Notes: generated by a model from the sequence alone, not told the origin. DNA of 62,584 bases, filler included, from a bacterium (GCA_027004335.1; 9 parts of 9 records of this genome joined end to end with filler, not necessarily neighbours in it); one strand, 5' to 3'; positions 30,701-39,262 are shown, counted from the first letter of the whole stretch. Translations and numbers: made by a program.

Positions 30701-31164
30701 CCTTCCCGCGGAGAAACAGAGATACTGGTAATCTTTGGAGGCTTATTAGCATTTACCGTGATTATTCTATCTTCAATCTTCTTGGTAGTCCCATCCTCTG
30801 TGTTGTAAATTTCTGCTTTAAGGGTATAAGTTCCAACATTTTTATATGTATAGCTAACGCTAAGGCATGGATTACCTTCAAAATCCCATCTTCCATCACC
30901 ATCAAAATCAATCCTATAAATAAGGGGTCTATCTCCCTTATACTCTTCCCCTGAAATATGAGCAACAATTGTAACTTTAACAGTCAGAGGAGCCTTCCCG
31001 ATCAAAGGAGAAACAGAAAAAGAATCAATTAAAATCTGATGAGCGGATTTAGGTAATGAAGGAATTGGTTCTACAGGGGGGTGGTGATGGGGATTGCACC
31101 CATTGCATGAAGAAAAACTTAGAGCAATAAAAACTATTAGCAATACACTTTTTATTCCTTTCAC
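27790..31164 (-). CDS. Large lipoprotein with two PKD domains and LVIVD-like beta-propeller repeats
   Basis: GTG start after GAGGAGG; FSSC lipobox; PKD motifs DFDGDG..YTY...GTY and DMDGDG..YT..GEY; repeats IIDVTDPDNP, LYDINKITHP, IYDIFSPTSP, VFDISKPEQP. Confidence 0.8.
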   Translation of the reverse strand: MKGIKSVLLIVFIALSFSSCNGCNPHHHPPVEPIPSLPKSAHQILIDSFSVSPLIGKAPLTVKVTIVAHISGEEYKGDRPLIYRIDFDGDGRWDFEGNPCLSVSYTYKNVGTYTLKAEIYNTEDGTTKKIEDRIITVNANKPPKITSISVSPREGKLVNGKMSVMLFVTAIDPDASSGTGIAKVTYDMDGDGKVDYEKTNPSSLDIEWTYTRVGEYTIIVKVYDADGASATARTGVRVYISPSFLTSQIDLDSFAYSVYITGPFTDRSILPAELQGTGLKPYYLIFLGESYGNVDIYYSEDVSGGDIIFLSRFRVLLSSASYSGGVKSMVYRDKCLLLAGGGEGSGEPYVVAGVKFSNGIEHPNVIIYNEGSNHYDYNIFYGYSLGAPNYRGHIILGSYKGKAFVAAPWFSIRNPGGGVNLRSFSISGCKRLSSLPFPFLEELRICPFDTQAHFCSKVMDVLYYKNHFFIAANKYGMVSVSMKEVVDNCSGKSTCYVVDDFSACSSNDSCVKGQFFGVPPYVPNALNPDPSGFPNMRYWVVNSLYLERGGWVADEPLNFRYDEEENGYVARVKYFAHVTSTEDAFLYRNGEKVPRNYWHFIDGKRVYLYPEYFVEDPWAYYIISYKKADLLFAGVNNGGDTPQDHHTVPLFIIDVTDPDNPVFLNKKCLEIPVSLEGSCELQGHFTQYSGDRFFMDPIYVRWPYAYTYGGNEIRFLPVLNPLFPFPSDFDWYDYNRIFVSEIDNWTDAGAISSCYTTNGGYCPHNMFTDIINLGEATLAANYYRGLSLIGSDYRIKRELNIGGIPFGFSPFKYLGREYVFVAKGYGGVDLYDINKITHPKVISHIDIDGEATGVYFDRGTGMLYVAGNNYGIYSFDYRNFRKPQLVSRWMSSSKIKRLDGDNSNFIFFCNDSSLPPVLFYKRLSDFSSPHRVSGSYSCFFQNAPIYVAKDRSNLLAIEGYLYSYDFSNPPRMTLLTRVLGSEVVDNYVDRNFLILATSRNVFIYDIFSPTSPYKISSINMNDYLTPSEMNRGGSINSIDKVAQYLFVSLSNVGLFVFDISKPEQPMIVGDIKGFQSTVMNAFVKEDQNSPGTFYYDAMLGSGSYDRNLYKIYFVRFIGLNPPMY

Positions 31165-31190
31165 ACACCACCTCCTCTTAAAATAAATTA

Positions 31191-31208
31191 TAGCAAAAAA
31201 CATGCCAG
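31191..31208 (-). promoter_or_regulatory. Putative sigma54 (-24/-12) promoter
   Basis: CTGGCATGTTTTTTGCTA versus consensus YTGGCACG-N4-TTGCW; correct position before the RBS. Confidence 0.6.
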
Positions 31209-31426
31209 AACAAAGAATTATTCATATTTCTCAAAGAAAACTATGATGTTAAAAAGCTGGTTAAGAACAACATAATTATTAACATATACTTATCTCGCAA
31301 AAATCCTTCCTACAATTAAAAAAACTTCCCATTCCAATTTTAAAATTTACCTCCTTCTCAGTAACATTATCTCCATTATTTTTCCGAAAACAACCAAGTT
31401 TTATATCTCCCCCACACTTTTTTTAA

Positions 31427-32695
31427 CTATCTATTGCAGCCCACTGTAATATGAACTTCCTTTGAAGCCATTCTCTCACCCTGAGGATCAGCACCATCCC
31501 TCAACTGAATCTGAAAAACCCATTCGCCCCTGTGGACGCCATTTAACAGATAATAGGCATAATTTTTAGGCGGTTCATTTATCACATCGGAATCTATTGT
31601 AGTTTGAAAGACTCTCCATAAGAGCACCTTTTCAGGTGGAATTTCATTGGTATTTATCACATTCCCGCATTCGGTATGGTAAAATTTTATCCTCCACAAT
31701 AATCCGCTTCCATCCTGTGAAGCAAGAAACTCAGTTAAGACATTGCTATTCTCATCAAATTCTTCATCAGGAGTAGGACTCAATATTTCTGGTGGGTCAA
31801 TAGTAGTTTCTTGCTCTATTCCAAATTTCCACACTACACTTCTCTCTGACCATTTCAATTCCGGGGCAAGGGTTCTACCTACATTGAGTTGGGCTCTAAC
31901 ATACCAGTAGTAAACGCCTTCAACAAATACAGGATGCTGCTGTCGCTGGTTTGGATTGGGAATAAGTTGCTGAGTATTATTAAGAGTAGCAGTGTTAAGA
32001 GAAGAATTCATGGTGTTCACGGATAAAAACACATCTCTAAAATCAGGGAATTCACTCACTTCAAATATATATTGAACGGCATTATCAATATCATCCCAAT
32101 CAAAGGTAGGGGATTGATCTTCCAACCAGAAATTATCTATGGGAGCAAGGGGAGCAGGCGCATCAGTGTACCGAATCTTAATTTTTACAGGGATCGGTTG
32201 AAGGAAGGTTTTTATTGTCGTCAGTGGTTCAACCTCAGTGGCATCAGTTGCTGGAGTATATACATCCATCACAGTCTCAGTAGAACCAGAAGGCATGGCA
32301 AGAGTTATATTCCTGCCGAGGTAAAGATATTCCCCCCGGGTCAAACTACTACCCTGAACTTCTTTTTCAGCACCCACAGGAAAAGGCACTCCTTCTACTC
32401 CGATCCTACCAATTAACCCACCGTGTCCGAACATCTTAACAGGATCAAATCGTCTAGCGATAGGATCACCAACAGCAAGGGATGGATCAAGAGCTGCTAT
32501 TTTTACTCTCACACCAGGATCCATCAAAATGTCGGTTTTTACCCATGTCATATCCCCCGGAACATTCACCTGAAAAGTTTTTGTTACAGATAAATTCTTG
32601 TTACTCCCGTCAGAGGAAGAAGTATCCTTCTCTCTTCCACACGATATCACAAGGAAGGGTAAAAGTATCAAAAGGACAAACAGCTTCTTAGTCAT
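31427..32695 (-). CDS. Lipoprotein with LecA/PA-IL-like domain and Ig/FN3-like domains
   Basis: VISC lipobox; W..TDI....G..V, GGLIGRIG..G.PFPVG, YLYLG; PTFDW....A.QY.FEVS...DF, GVYYWYVRA. Confidence 0.6.
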   Translation of the reverse strand: MTKKLFVLLILLPFLVISCGREKDTSSSDGSNKNLSVTKTFQVNVPGDMTWVKTDILMDPGVRVKIAALDPSLAVGDPIARRFDPVKMFGHGGLIGRIGVEGVPFPVGAEKEVQGSSLTRGEYLYLGRNITLAMPSGSTETVMDVYTPATDATEVEPLTTIKTFLQPIPVKIKIRYTDAPAPLAPIDNFWLEDQSPTFDWDDIDNAVQYIFEVSEFPDFRDVFLSVNTMNSSLNTATLNNTQQLIPNPNQRQQHPVFVEGVYYWYVRAQLNVGRTLAPELKWSERSVVWKFGIEQETTIDPPEILSPTPDEEFDENSNVLTEFLASQDGSGLLWRIKFYHTECGNVINTNEIPPEKVLLWRVFQTTIDSDVINEPPKNYAYYLLNGVHRGEWVFQIQLRDGADPQGERMASKEVHITVGCNR

Positions 32696-32705
32696 TCTGT
32701 TGCTC

Positions 32706-32958
32706 CTACTCAGCATAATAAATCGTTAAAGTAACCCTATCAAGGACAGGGGAACTCTGGGGACCTCCCCTCGCCAGCAAAGCTTCCCATCGAAGGTCAT
32801 TACCTTCCACACCAAACTCCACATAATTACCGGGTGTTATATCATACCATGTTGTTCCTCCATCGGGGGAAACCTGATAATCAACACCCCCTTTGTTTAA
32901 AGTCTGGGACACATCAAGTTTAACCCCTTTAAGAGCATACTGATTAGGATTCACATTA
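32706..32958 (-). CDS. C-terminal fragment of a beta-rich, probably secreted protein (5' truncated)
   Basis: YQVSPDGGTTW (Asp-box-like), LRWEALL, PVLDRVTL; open to the contig end. Confidence 0.55.
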
Positions 32959-33058
32959 NNNNNNNNNNNNNNNNNNNNNNNNNNNNNNNNNNNNNNNNNN
33001 NNTTAATTAATTAANNNNNNNNNNNNNNNNNNNNNNNNNNNNNNNNNNNNNNNNNNNN
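32959..33058. other. Artificial contig linker
   Basis: N44-TTAATTAATTAA-N44. Confidence 0.99.
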
Positions 33059-33591
33059 GATCTGTATTCCTTTCTAATATCTTTTAAGAAGTTAATCATT
33101 TCAAATTTTATATGGAAATCAAGGGACGAGAAAGGTTCATCTAAAAGCAGAACTGCTGGTTCAAGGAGAAGGGCTCTGGCAAGAATTACCCTCTGTTTTT
33201 CGCCTGCCGAAAGAGTCGGAGGGGTTCTATCAAGCAGGGGAGCTATTTTGAATTCTTCAATTATTTTTTTAAATAATTTTTCTCCGCATTTTCTCCTTCC
33301 ACAGGGGAAAAGTATATTCTCTTTTACACTCATATGGGGGAAAAGTGAATCTCCCTGTGGAATATAAACCATCTTTCTTTTTTGTGGAGATAGTCCTGAA
33401 ATATTTGTGGAATTGAGGATTATATTTTGTTTCCCGGTTCTCAATCCTGCAAGATTTTTTAAAAAAAGAGTCTTACCAGAACCACTGGGTCCCAGGATAA
33501 TAGTGTATTTTTTCATATTCAGTGATACATTAACATCTAACACAAACTCCCCTGCAATATCTTTTATCTGTATTTTTATCTCATTGTTCAT
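33059..33591 (-). CDS. wtpC: Tungstate/molybdate ABC transporter ATPase (3' truncated)
   Basis: GPSGSGKT, LFPHMSV, LSAGEKQR, LLLDEPF; operon context. Confidence 0.8.
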
Positions 33592-34363
33592 GCCAGACTG
33601 CTCTCCTATTCATAATGAGTAAAAGCAATAGTGTAAAACTTATAACAGTTACGATTACTGCAATCCCCTGTGTTTTTTTCAGTCCCTCAGTGATAAATCT
33701 ATTATATATGAGGACCTGAGCAGTCCTCGGATATGTTGCAAGTATGAGAAAAGCCCCGGTTTCACTTATACTCCTTGCAAAGGAAAGGATCGCACCTCTT
33801 ATAATGGATGGTCCTGCCAGAGGCAATGAGACTTTAAAAAATGTGGTTGCAGCAGATACCCCGTGGGAATATGCAACCTCCTCCATGATCCCGGGAAAAG
33901 AATTAAAACCAGTCACACCGCTGTTGATGATGTAGGTAATACTTACAAACAGCATTACTGCCACTATCCCATAGAGGGAATCCACAAGTGATATCCCTAA
34001 TTTTCCCATCAAGTAACCTGCAGGATTGGAGGATGCGGTTGTAAGTACAAATATGATCCCTACAATTACATGGGGAATAAGAGTTGGCAGCACCATGATG
34101 TTCTCAAGAAGGCGGCTCCACCTGGAATTGCTCCTTGCGATAAAATATGCAGCCGGAATTCCAGCTAATAATCCCACTACGGTTGCAATTGTTGCTGTCA
34201 GGATGGTAATTCCAATGGAGTACCAGACTGCTCTGTCTCTAAGGGATAGAGTCAGATCCCCCGGGCTGGTGGTAAAGATAAGAAGCAGAATGGGATAGGT
34301 AATAAAAAGCAGGAGAAGTATTTCAGCTGAGGCTATAAAGATTATAAGTTTTTTATTTTTCAT
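33581..34363 (-). CDS. wtpB: Tungstate/molybdate ABC transporter permease
   Basis: LPTLIPH..VGI, FARSISE.GA, YP.TA..LIY. Confidence 0.82.
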   Translation of the reverse strand: MKNKKLIIFIASAEILLLLFITYPILLLIFTTSPGDLTLSLRDRAVWYSIGITILTATIATVVGLLAGIPAAYFIARSNSRWSRLLENIMVLPTLIPHVIVGIIFVLTTASSNPAGYLMGKLGISLVDSLYGIVAVMLFVSITYIINSGVTGFNSFPGIMEEVAYSHGVSAATTFFKVSLPLAGPSIIRGAILSFARSISETGAFLILATYPRTAQVLIYNRFITEGLKKTQGIAVIVTVISFTLLLLLIMNRRAVWHEQ

Positions 34364-35345
34364 TGTTTCTTACTTTTACTGGTGGAAACTCCGGGTTCTG
34401 GTAAGAGTCTTTTATTATTTTCATACCATCTCTACCAAGAAAGAATTTCAAGAATTCTTCGGCTGCTTTTTTCTCTGGTGCGTTCTTTAAGACCGCAATT
34501 CCATAAAGTACAGGGGCCCCGATTATAATTCTGTTACCGGGAAGAGCAATTTTCACCCGAGAATATTGCTTTTTGAGTTTCATAGAAGAGAGATTCAACT
34601 CCGCAGGGAGCGGCAGGAACTTCAGGTTATGCTGCAATGCAACACTCCTGTATTCAAATGCATAATCTATTGCACCTGCTTCAAGAAGACCCAGTAGCTC
34701 TACAGACTTGGGTCTGATGAAGATATTTTTTTTCTTTTTTTTAATCTGAGAGGGGATCTGGATTATTCTGTTATTATCTTTAATATTTAAATTTTTTAAA
34801 ATAAGGTCCTCAAAGATAGGTTTTTTATAGTAATAATCAGCAAGTTTGAGTACCATCAGGGTCCTGTATCCGCAGGGATCAATTGATGGATTGGAGAATC
34901 CCCATTTTACTTTTTTGTTGTTAAGGATCTGAAACCAATTTTTTTCATTTATTTGATCAGAAAACAGAGAATTTCTAGTGTATGTAATTCCCACTTCGTT
35001 GGAGGCAAAGATGTAGTATTCCCCGGTATATTTCGGGAAAAGCATTTTTTTTATTAAATTGTGATCCGCCACTGCGATGATATCTGCCTTTTTACCAAGA
35101 TCTGTGATTTTTCTCACAGCCATAACACTTCCGCTCGCTTCCATTATAATTTTTACACCAGGGTGGTTTTTTTCAAAAACCTCAGCGGCCTGATGCAGCG
35201 GGATAGAGAGACTTCCTGCCTGGAAGATTTTTATTATTTTTGTTTCTTCTCCTGAACTTTGCCATGGGGCAGAAAGTGTTAAGAAAATTGCAATGAGACA
35301 AAACTTAAACACCCACGATAATATTTTCCGGCCTGATAAAGACAT
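34353..35345 (-). CDS. wtpA: Tungstate-binding protein WtpA
   Basis: AGSL, EASGSV.AVRKIT, ADIIAVAD, FSNP..DPCGYR, RPKSVEL, DYAFEYRSVA.QH. Confidence 0.88.
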   Translation of the reverse strand: MSLSGRKILSWVFKFCLIAIFLTLSAPWQSSGEETKIIKIFQAGSLSIPLHQAAEVFEKNHPGVKIIMEASGSVMAVRKITDLGKKADIIAVADHNLIKKMLFPKYTGEYYIFASNEVGITYTRNSLFSDQINEKNWFQILNNKKVKWGFSNPSIDPCGYRTLMVLKLADYYYKKPIFEDLILKNLNIKDNNRIIQIPSQIKKKKKNIFIRPKSVELLGLLEAGAIDYAFEYRSVALQHNLKFLPLPAELNLSSMKLKKQYSRVKIALPGNRIIIGAPVLYGIAVLKNAPEKKAAEEFLKFFLGRDGMKIIKDSYQNPEFPPVKVRNNEK

Positions 35346-35736
35346 TTATCACATCTCCTTTCTTATGTTGAATTTTTTCTTCATGGGGGATTCTGGATAT
35401 TGAGATCAATTTTATTCCTTCATTCAGGATAGAAATTTCTCTTTCAATAAAACATTCTCCATCCTCTCTTTCACGCTTTATATCTGTAACACTGCCTCTG
35501 AAGCAGTTGATTTTACGATGACATTTCCCGCGATTTTCCAGAATTTCCACATGGGATGCTTTGAATATGAGAAAAACTTTTTTACCTGCTGAGAGGTTCA
35601 GATCTTGCAGGCTCCTGACGGTGATCAGTGAAGTAAACTGGATTCCCCCGGAATTAACCAGTAATTCTGCTCTCACTTTTCTAACTTCTATCTTCTCTAT
35701 TTTCCCAATTATCTGATTTCTTGCACTGGGCCTTAT
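35305..35736 (-). CDS. TOBE/Mop domain protein, possibly a ModE-like C-terminus (5' truncated)
   Basis: Frame open to the contig end: IRPSARNQIIGKI..., SLIT..S...LNL..GKKV...FKASHV; second TOBE ending VFIRPENI. Confidence 0.8.
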   Translation of the reverse strand: MRPSARNQIIGKIEKIEVRKVRAELLVNSGGIQFTSLITVRSLQDLNLSAGKKVFLIFKASHVEILENRGKCHRKINCFRGSVTDIKREREDGECFIEREISILNEGIKLISISRIPHEEKIQHKKGDVINVFIRPENIIVGV

Positions 35737-35836
35737 NNNNNNNNNNNNNNNNNNNNNNNNNNNNNNNNNNNNNNNNNNNNTTAATTAATTAANNNNNNNN
35801 NNNNNNNNNNNNNNNNNNNNNNNNNNNNNNNNNNNN
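35737..35836. other. Artificial contig linker
   Basis: N44-TTAATTAATTAA-N44. Confidence 0.99.
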
Positions 35837-35837
35837 G

Positions 35838-36467
35838 GTAAAAGGTGATAAGGTAAAAGTTGTAAGAGTTGTTGATGGTGATACGGTTGTGGTTAAATTT
35901 GAAAATGGGAGATATGAAAAAGTCAGATTGATAGGAATAAATACTCCTGAGACTGTGGATCCACGCAGGCCTGTTCAATATTTTGGAAAAGAAGCATCAA
36001 GATATACTAAAAAACATCTTCAGGGAAAAACTGTTTATCTCCAGTATGACTGGCAGATAAGGGACAAGTATGGAAGATTGCTTGCCTATATTTTTCTTCC
36101 TGACGGAACATTTTATAATGCAAAGATAGTGAAAGATGGGTATGCTTTTGCATTTACTAGGTATCCATTTAAGTACATGAAGATGTTCAGAAAACTTGAA
36201 AGAGATGCAATAGAGCACAACCGTGGTCTCTGGAACCTCAATAGTCCATATCTGAAGGAAAGAATACGACAGAGGTCCAGACACTTCAGAGAGTATGAAA
36301 TAAAGGTAATAAAAGGTAAGTATCTTGCTTCTAAAAAGGGAAAGTATTTTTATTCTCCTGAGTGTAAGCAGGCAAGAAGAATAAAACCTGAAAACAGGGT
36401 CTGGTTTAACTCATGGCAGAAGGCGGTAAAAGCTGGCTACAAACCCCACCGGTGTTTGAAAAAATAG
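35838..36467 (+). CDS. Thermonuclease (SNase) with C-terminal Ada metal-binding-like domain (5' truncated)
   Basis: VVRVVDGDT, VRLIGINTPE, DKYGRLLAY, RGLW; tail YSPEC...IKPENRVWF.S...A.KAGYKP. Confidence 0.88.
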   Translation, partial: VKGDKVKVVRVVDGDTVVVKFENGRYEKVRLIGINTPETVDPRRPVQYFGKEASRYTKKHLQGKTVYLQYDWQIRDKYGRLLAYIFLPDGTFYNAKIVKDGYAFAFTRYPFKYMKMFRKLERDAIEHNRGLWNLNSPYLKERIRQRSRHFREYEIKVIKGKYLASKKGKYFYSPECKQARRIKPENRVWFNSWQKAVKAGYKPHRCLKK

Positions 36468-36958
36468 TTTCTCTCTCAAAATATCCTGAATTTGTGGTGG
36501 ACACAAGTGTGGTTTTCTACCTCAGAAGGGTGGGGCTGTTGCAGGGGTTTATTAAAAATTATAAACTCTTTGTTCCATATATTGTGGTTGAAGAGGCTTT
36601 GAGGAAAGATTGTGGTGATAGGAACTACTTTAAAAAATTTTTCTCAGAGGATGCTGAGGTGATCAGATTGGGGGATCACTTTTTACATGGTGAAGACGCA
36701 GTGTTATGGGTTGCTGAGAAAAGAGAATTGCCTGCTATTATTGATGACAAAAAAGCAATAAAGAAAGCTTTCAGGAGATCTATAATTTTTACCAGCTCCC
36801 CGATGGTACCGATTCTTCTTTTTTTAAAAGGAGCCATTTCGGAAGGTGATATGAATGATAAAATTGAAGAAATTCTTAACATGGGGTATTATGGTAAGAA
36901 TGTAAGAAATTACATGCAAAAAGTGACCAATATTGTGAGAAGGGAGTCCAGACGATGA
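36413..36958 (+). CDS. PIN-domain protein (DUF3368-like); start may be GTG 36452
   Basis: VVDTS, VP..VVEE, HGEDAV, IIDDKKA acidic tetrad. Confidence 0.7.
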   Translation: MAEGGKSWLQTPPVFEKIVSLSKYPEFVVDTSVVFYLRRVGLLQGFIKNYKLFVPYIVVEEALRKDCGDRNYFKKFFSEDAEVIRLGDHFLHGEDAVLWVAEKRELPAIIDDKKAIKKAFRRSIIFTSSPMVPILLFLKGAISEGDMNDKIEEILNMGYYGKNVRNYMQKVTNIVRRESRR

Positions 36959-37833
36959 GAAAAAAAATCTGTGTTGTGGGTGGTGGAGTGGCTGGTTTTG
37001 GTGTCGCCGATGGGCTGCTTGAGAGGAATTTTACAGACTTTACGCTGCTGGAAGGGAGACCAATTTTCCTCTACACTCTTACCTGGTTAAAATTTTCAAA
37101 AAAGAAAGGTGAAAATATCTCAGGAGAATTCTCAGGAAACGAATTTAGGGATTATCTCCTGGGGCGGGAAAGGCCAGAGGAAAATTTTATTAAGGGAAAC
37201 AGGGTCTTCTATCTGGATAAGAAAAAGAAGAAACTTTACTTCTCTGATGGTAAAGAGACGGCAGATTGTGAATTTGATAAACTTATTCTTGCCACCGGTG
37301 GTGTTCCTGTTCTCTATGGGGAGTATTTATTGCCCGGTTTTAGAGGTGCAGGAATTTTTACTGCCTATCAGGTAGGTGAAATGCTGACCCACTACGACTT
37401 TTTACCAGGGGAAAAGCTTATTGTTTATGGCAGGGGTGAATACGCAGCTGAAACTGCATTACTTGCAAAGGAGTGTGGACTTGATGTAAAAATCGTTTTT
37501 TCCCATGAGCCCGATTTCCATTTAGATTTCCCTTTTTTACTGGGGAAAATAGTGAAAGTTCATGGAGGGTTAAGAGTATCCGGAGTAGATGTCAGAACCG
37601 CCGGCAATGAGGTTGAAGAATTAAATGGGGATACACTTGTAGTAGCCGGAAAATATGTTCTGGAGAGAGGATGGAGAGAGATTGCAGGTATTAAATGGGA
37701 CATTGATAAATGGCGAGGAATTTCTGATGATCCTGATATCATACTGGTGGGAGATGCTTTTGAGCCATCATTTAATTTTGTAAGACAGTATGAAGAATCA
37801 TATAAAAAAGGAATGGAGCTGGCAAATGAGTAG
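36955..37833 (+). CDS. FAD-dependent (pyridine nucleotide-disulfide family) oxidoreductase, shortened
   Basis: VVGGGVAG, LILATGG, PGFRGAGIFTA, LPGEK, LVGDA. Confidence 0.75.
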   Translation: MRKKICVVGGGVAGFGVADGLLERNFTDFTLLEGRPIFLYTLTWLKFSKKKGENISGEFSGNEFRDYLLGRERPEENFIKGNRVFYLDKKKKKLYFSDGKETADCEFDKLILATGGVPVLYGEYLLPGFRGAGIFTAYQVGEMLTHYDFLPGEKLIVYGRGEYAAETALLAKECGLDVKIVFSHEPDFHLDFPFLLGKIVKVHGGLRVSGVDVRTAGNEVEELNGDTLVVAGKYVLERGWREIAGIKWDIDKWRGISDDPDIILVGDAFEPSFNFVRQYEESYKKGMELANE

Positions 37834-39262
37834 CAATTTTGATGTGGTAATAATTGGTGCAGGGATCACAGGGACAGGCGTTGCTTATGAACTGAGCAAG
37901 AAAAAATTGAAGATTGCTCTGATTGATAAGGCCCCTTTTCCGTTTCAGGGGGCAAGCAAAGCCAACTCAGGTATTATTCATGCAGGCTATGATGATCCTC
38001 CAGGGAGCCTCAGAGCAAAGCTTGTGGTAAGAGGTAATTTTCTTTATTCCAGATGGGCTGAGGAACTAGGGTTTGATCTAAAGAGGCCTGGTTCTATCGT
38101 GGTAGCTTTTAATGAAGAAGAACTGGAGACAATAAAAAAAGAGAAAATCCAGGGAGACGAGAGAGGTGTCCCTGGCCTGAAGATACTGGGAGGAAGAGAA
38201 CTTTTTGAAATAGAACCTCTTCTTAACAGAGAGGCTATAGCAGGTTTATATGCTCCTTCTGCAGGAGTGGTATGTCCAATGGAGGTGGTGAGTTACCTTT
38301 TTAAAGGTGCTGTAAGAAATGGCGTTGTTCCCTTTTTAAATCATAGAGTTATTGGTTTTGAAAAGGAAGGTGATATAGTAACTGCGGTGCTTATAGGCGA
38401 GGAGAAAATTCATGGTGAGATTGTCATCAATGCCTCCGGTGTATGGGGAGATGTGGTTTCTTCCATGGCGGGTATTGATAAGTATAAGATAATTCCAAGA
38501 AAAGGTGAATACATTCTTCTTGATCCCAACGAGAAATACATGGTTAATCACATACTTTTTCCAACTCCGACAATGGTTTCCAAAGGTATTCTGGTTATTC
38601 CCACTATTACTGGAGATGTTCTTATCGGTCCAACTGCTCAGAATCTTGATGATGATCACAGGGAGGATACCTTTACAACAGAAGAGGGCTTGAAAGAGGT
38701 TATTGAAAAGGCTAGTCATATTGTTCCATCTCTCTCCACAAAACTCACTATAAAAACCTTTGCAGGGATCAGGGCCCAGCCGAATACCAATGATTTTATC
38801 ATTGAGGGTTATGATGAACCTTCTAATTTTATAAATGTGATAGGGATCAGATCCCCAGGTTTAACTTCTGCTCCTGCCATAGCAGAGTATGTGGAAGATA
38901 TTGTTGAGAAAAAAATTGGGGGACTTCAGGAAGATCCTTCTGCTATTACGGAACCTTTTGTAAAACCTGATGAGGTTAAGCTTGCCCTTTCAGGTCAAGC
39001 TGGGTGGGGCTTTGCTCTCACTCCCCACCTGGATTCACCAAGTTATCCCATGGTAGGAGCTTCTGCACAGTGGGGGATAGAAAAGGAGATTTATAATTTT
39101 ACCTGTTTTACAGATAAGGGTCTTGGAGTTGATCTCTCGGGTGTTTTTCAGAATGAGCTTATTAAGTTTATTCTTTCAAGAGGCTTTAAAAAAGAAGATG
39201 TTTGCTACCGTTTCCCTGGATCATGGCAGGTCATTGAAGGAAAATGTGGGGGAGAAAAATGA
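37826..39262 (+). CDS. FAD-dependent oxidoreductase, GlpA/LhgO (DAO) family
   Basis: IIGAGITG, SKANSGIIHAGYD, PRKGEY, KGILV.PT..G..LIGPTA, GIRSPGLTSAPAIA. Confidence 0.85.
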   Translation: MSSNFDVVIIGAGITGTGVAYELSKKKLKIALIDKAPFPFQGASKANSGIIHAGYDDPPGSLRAKLVVRGNFLYSRWAEELGFDLKRPGSIVVAFNEEELETIKKEKIQGDERGVPGLKILGGRELFEIEPLLNREAIAGLYAPSAGVVCPMEVVSYLFKGAVRNGVVPFLNHRVIGFEKEGDIVTAVLIGEEKIHGEIVINASGVWGDVVSSMAGIDKYKIIPRKGEYILLDPNEKYMVNHILFPTPTMVSKGILVIPTITGDVLIGPTAQNLDDDHREDTFTTEEGLKEVIEKASHIVPSLSTKLTIKTFAGIRAQPNTNDFIIEGYDEPSNFINVIGIRSPGLTSAPAIAEYVEDIVEKKIGGLQEDPSAITEPFVKPDEVKLALSGQAGWGFALTPHLDSPSYPMVGASAQWGIEKEIYNFTCFTDKGLGVDLSGVFQNELIKFILSRGFKKEDVCYRFPGSWQVIEGKCGGEK

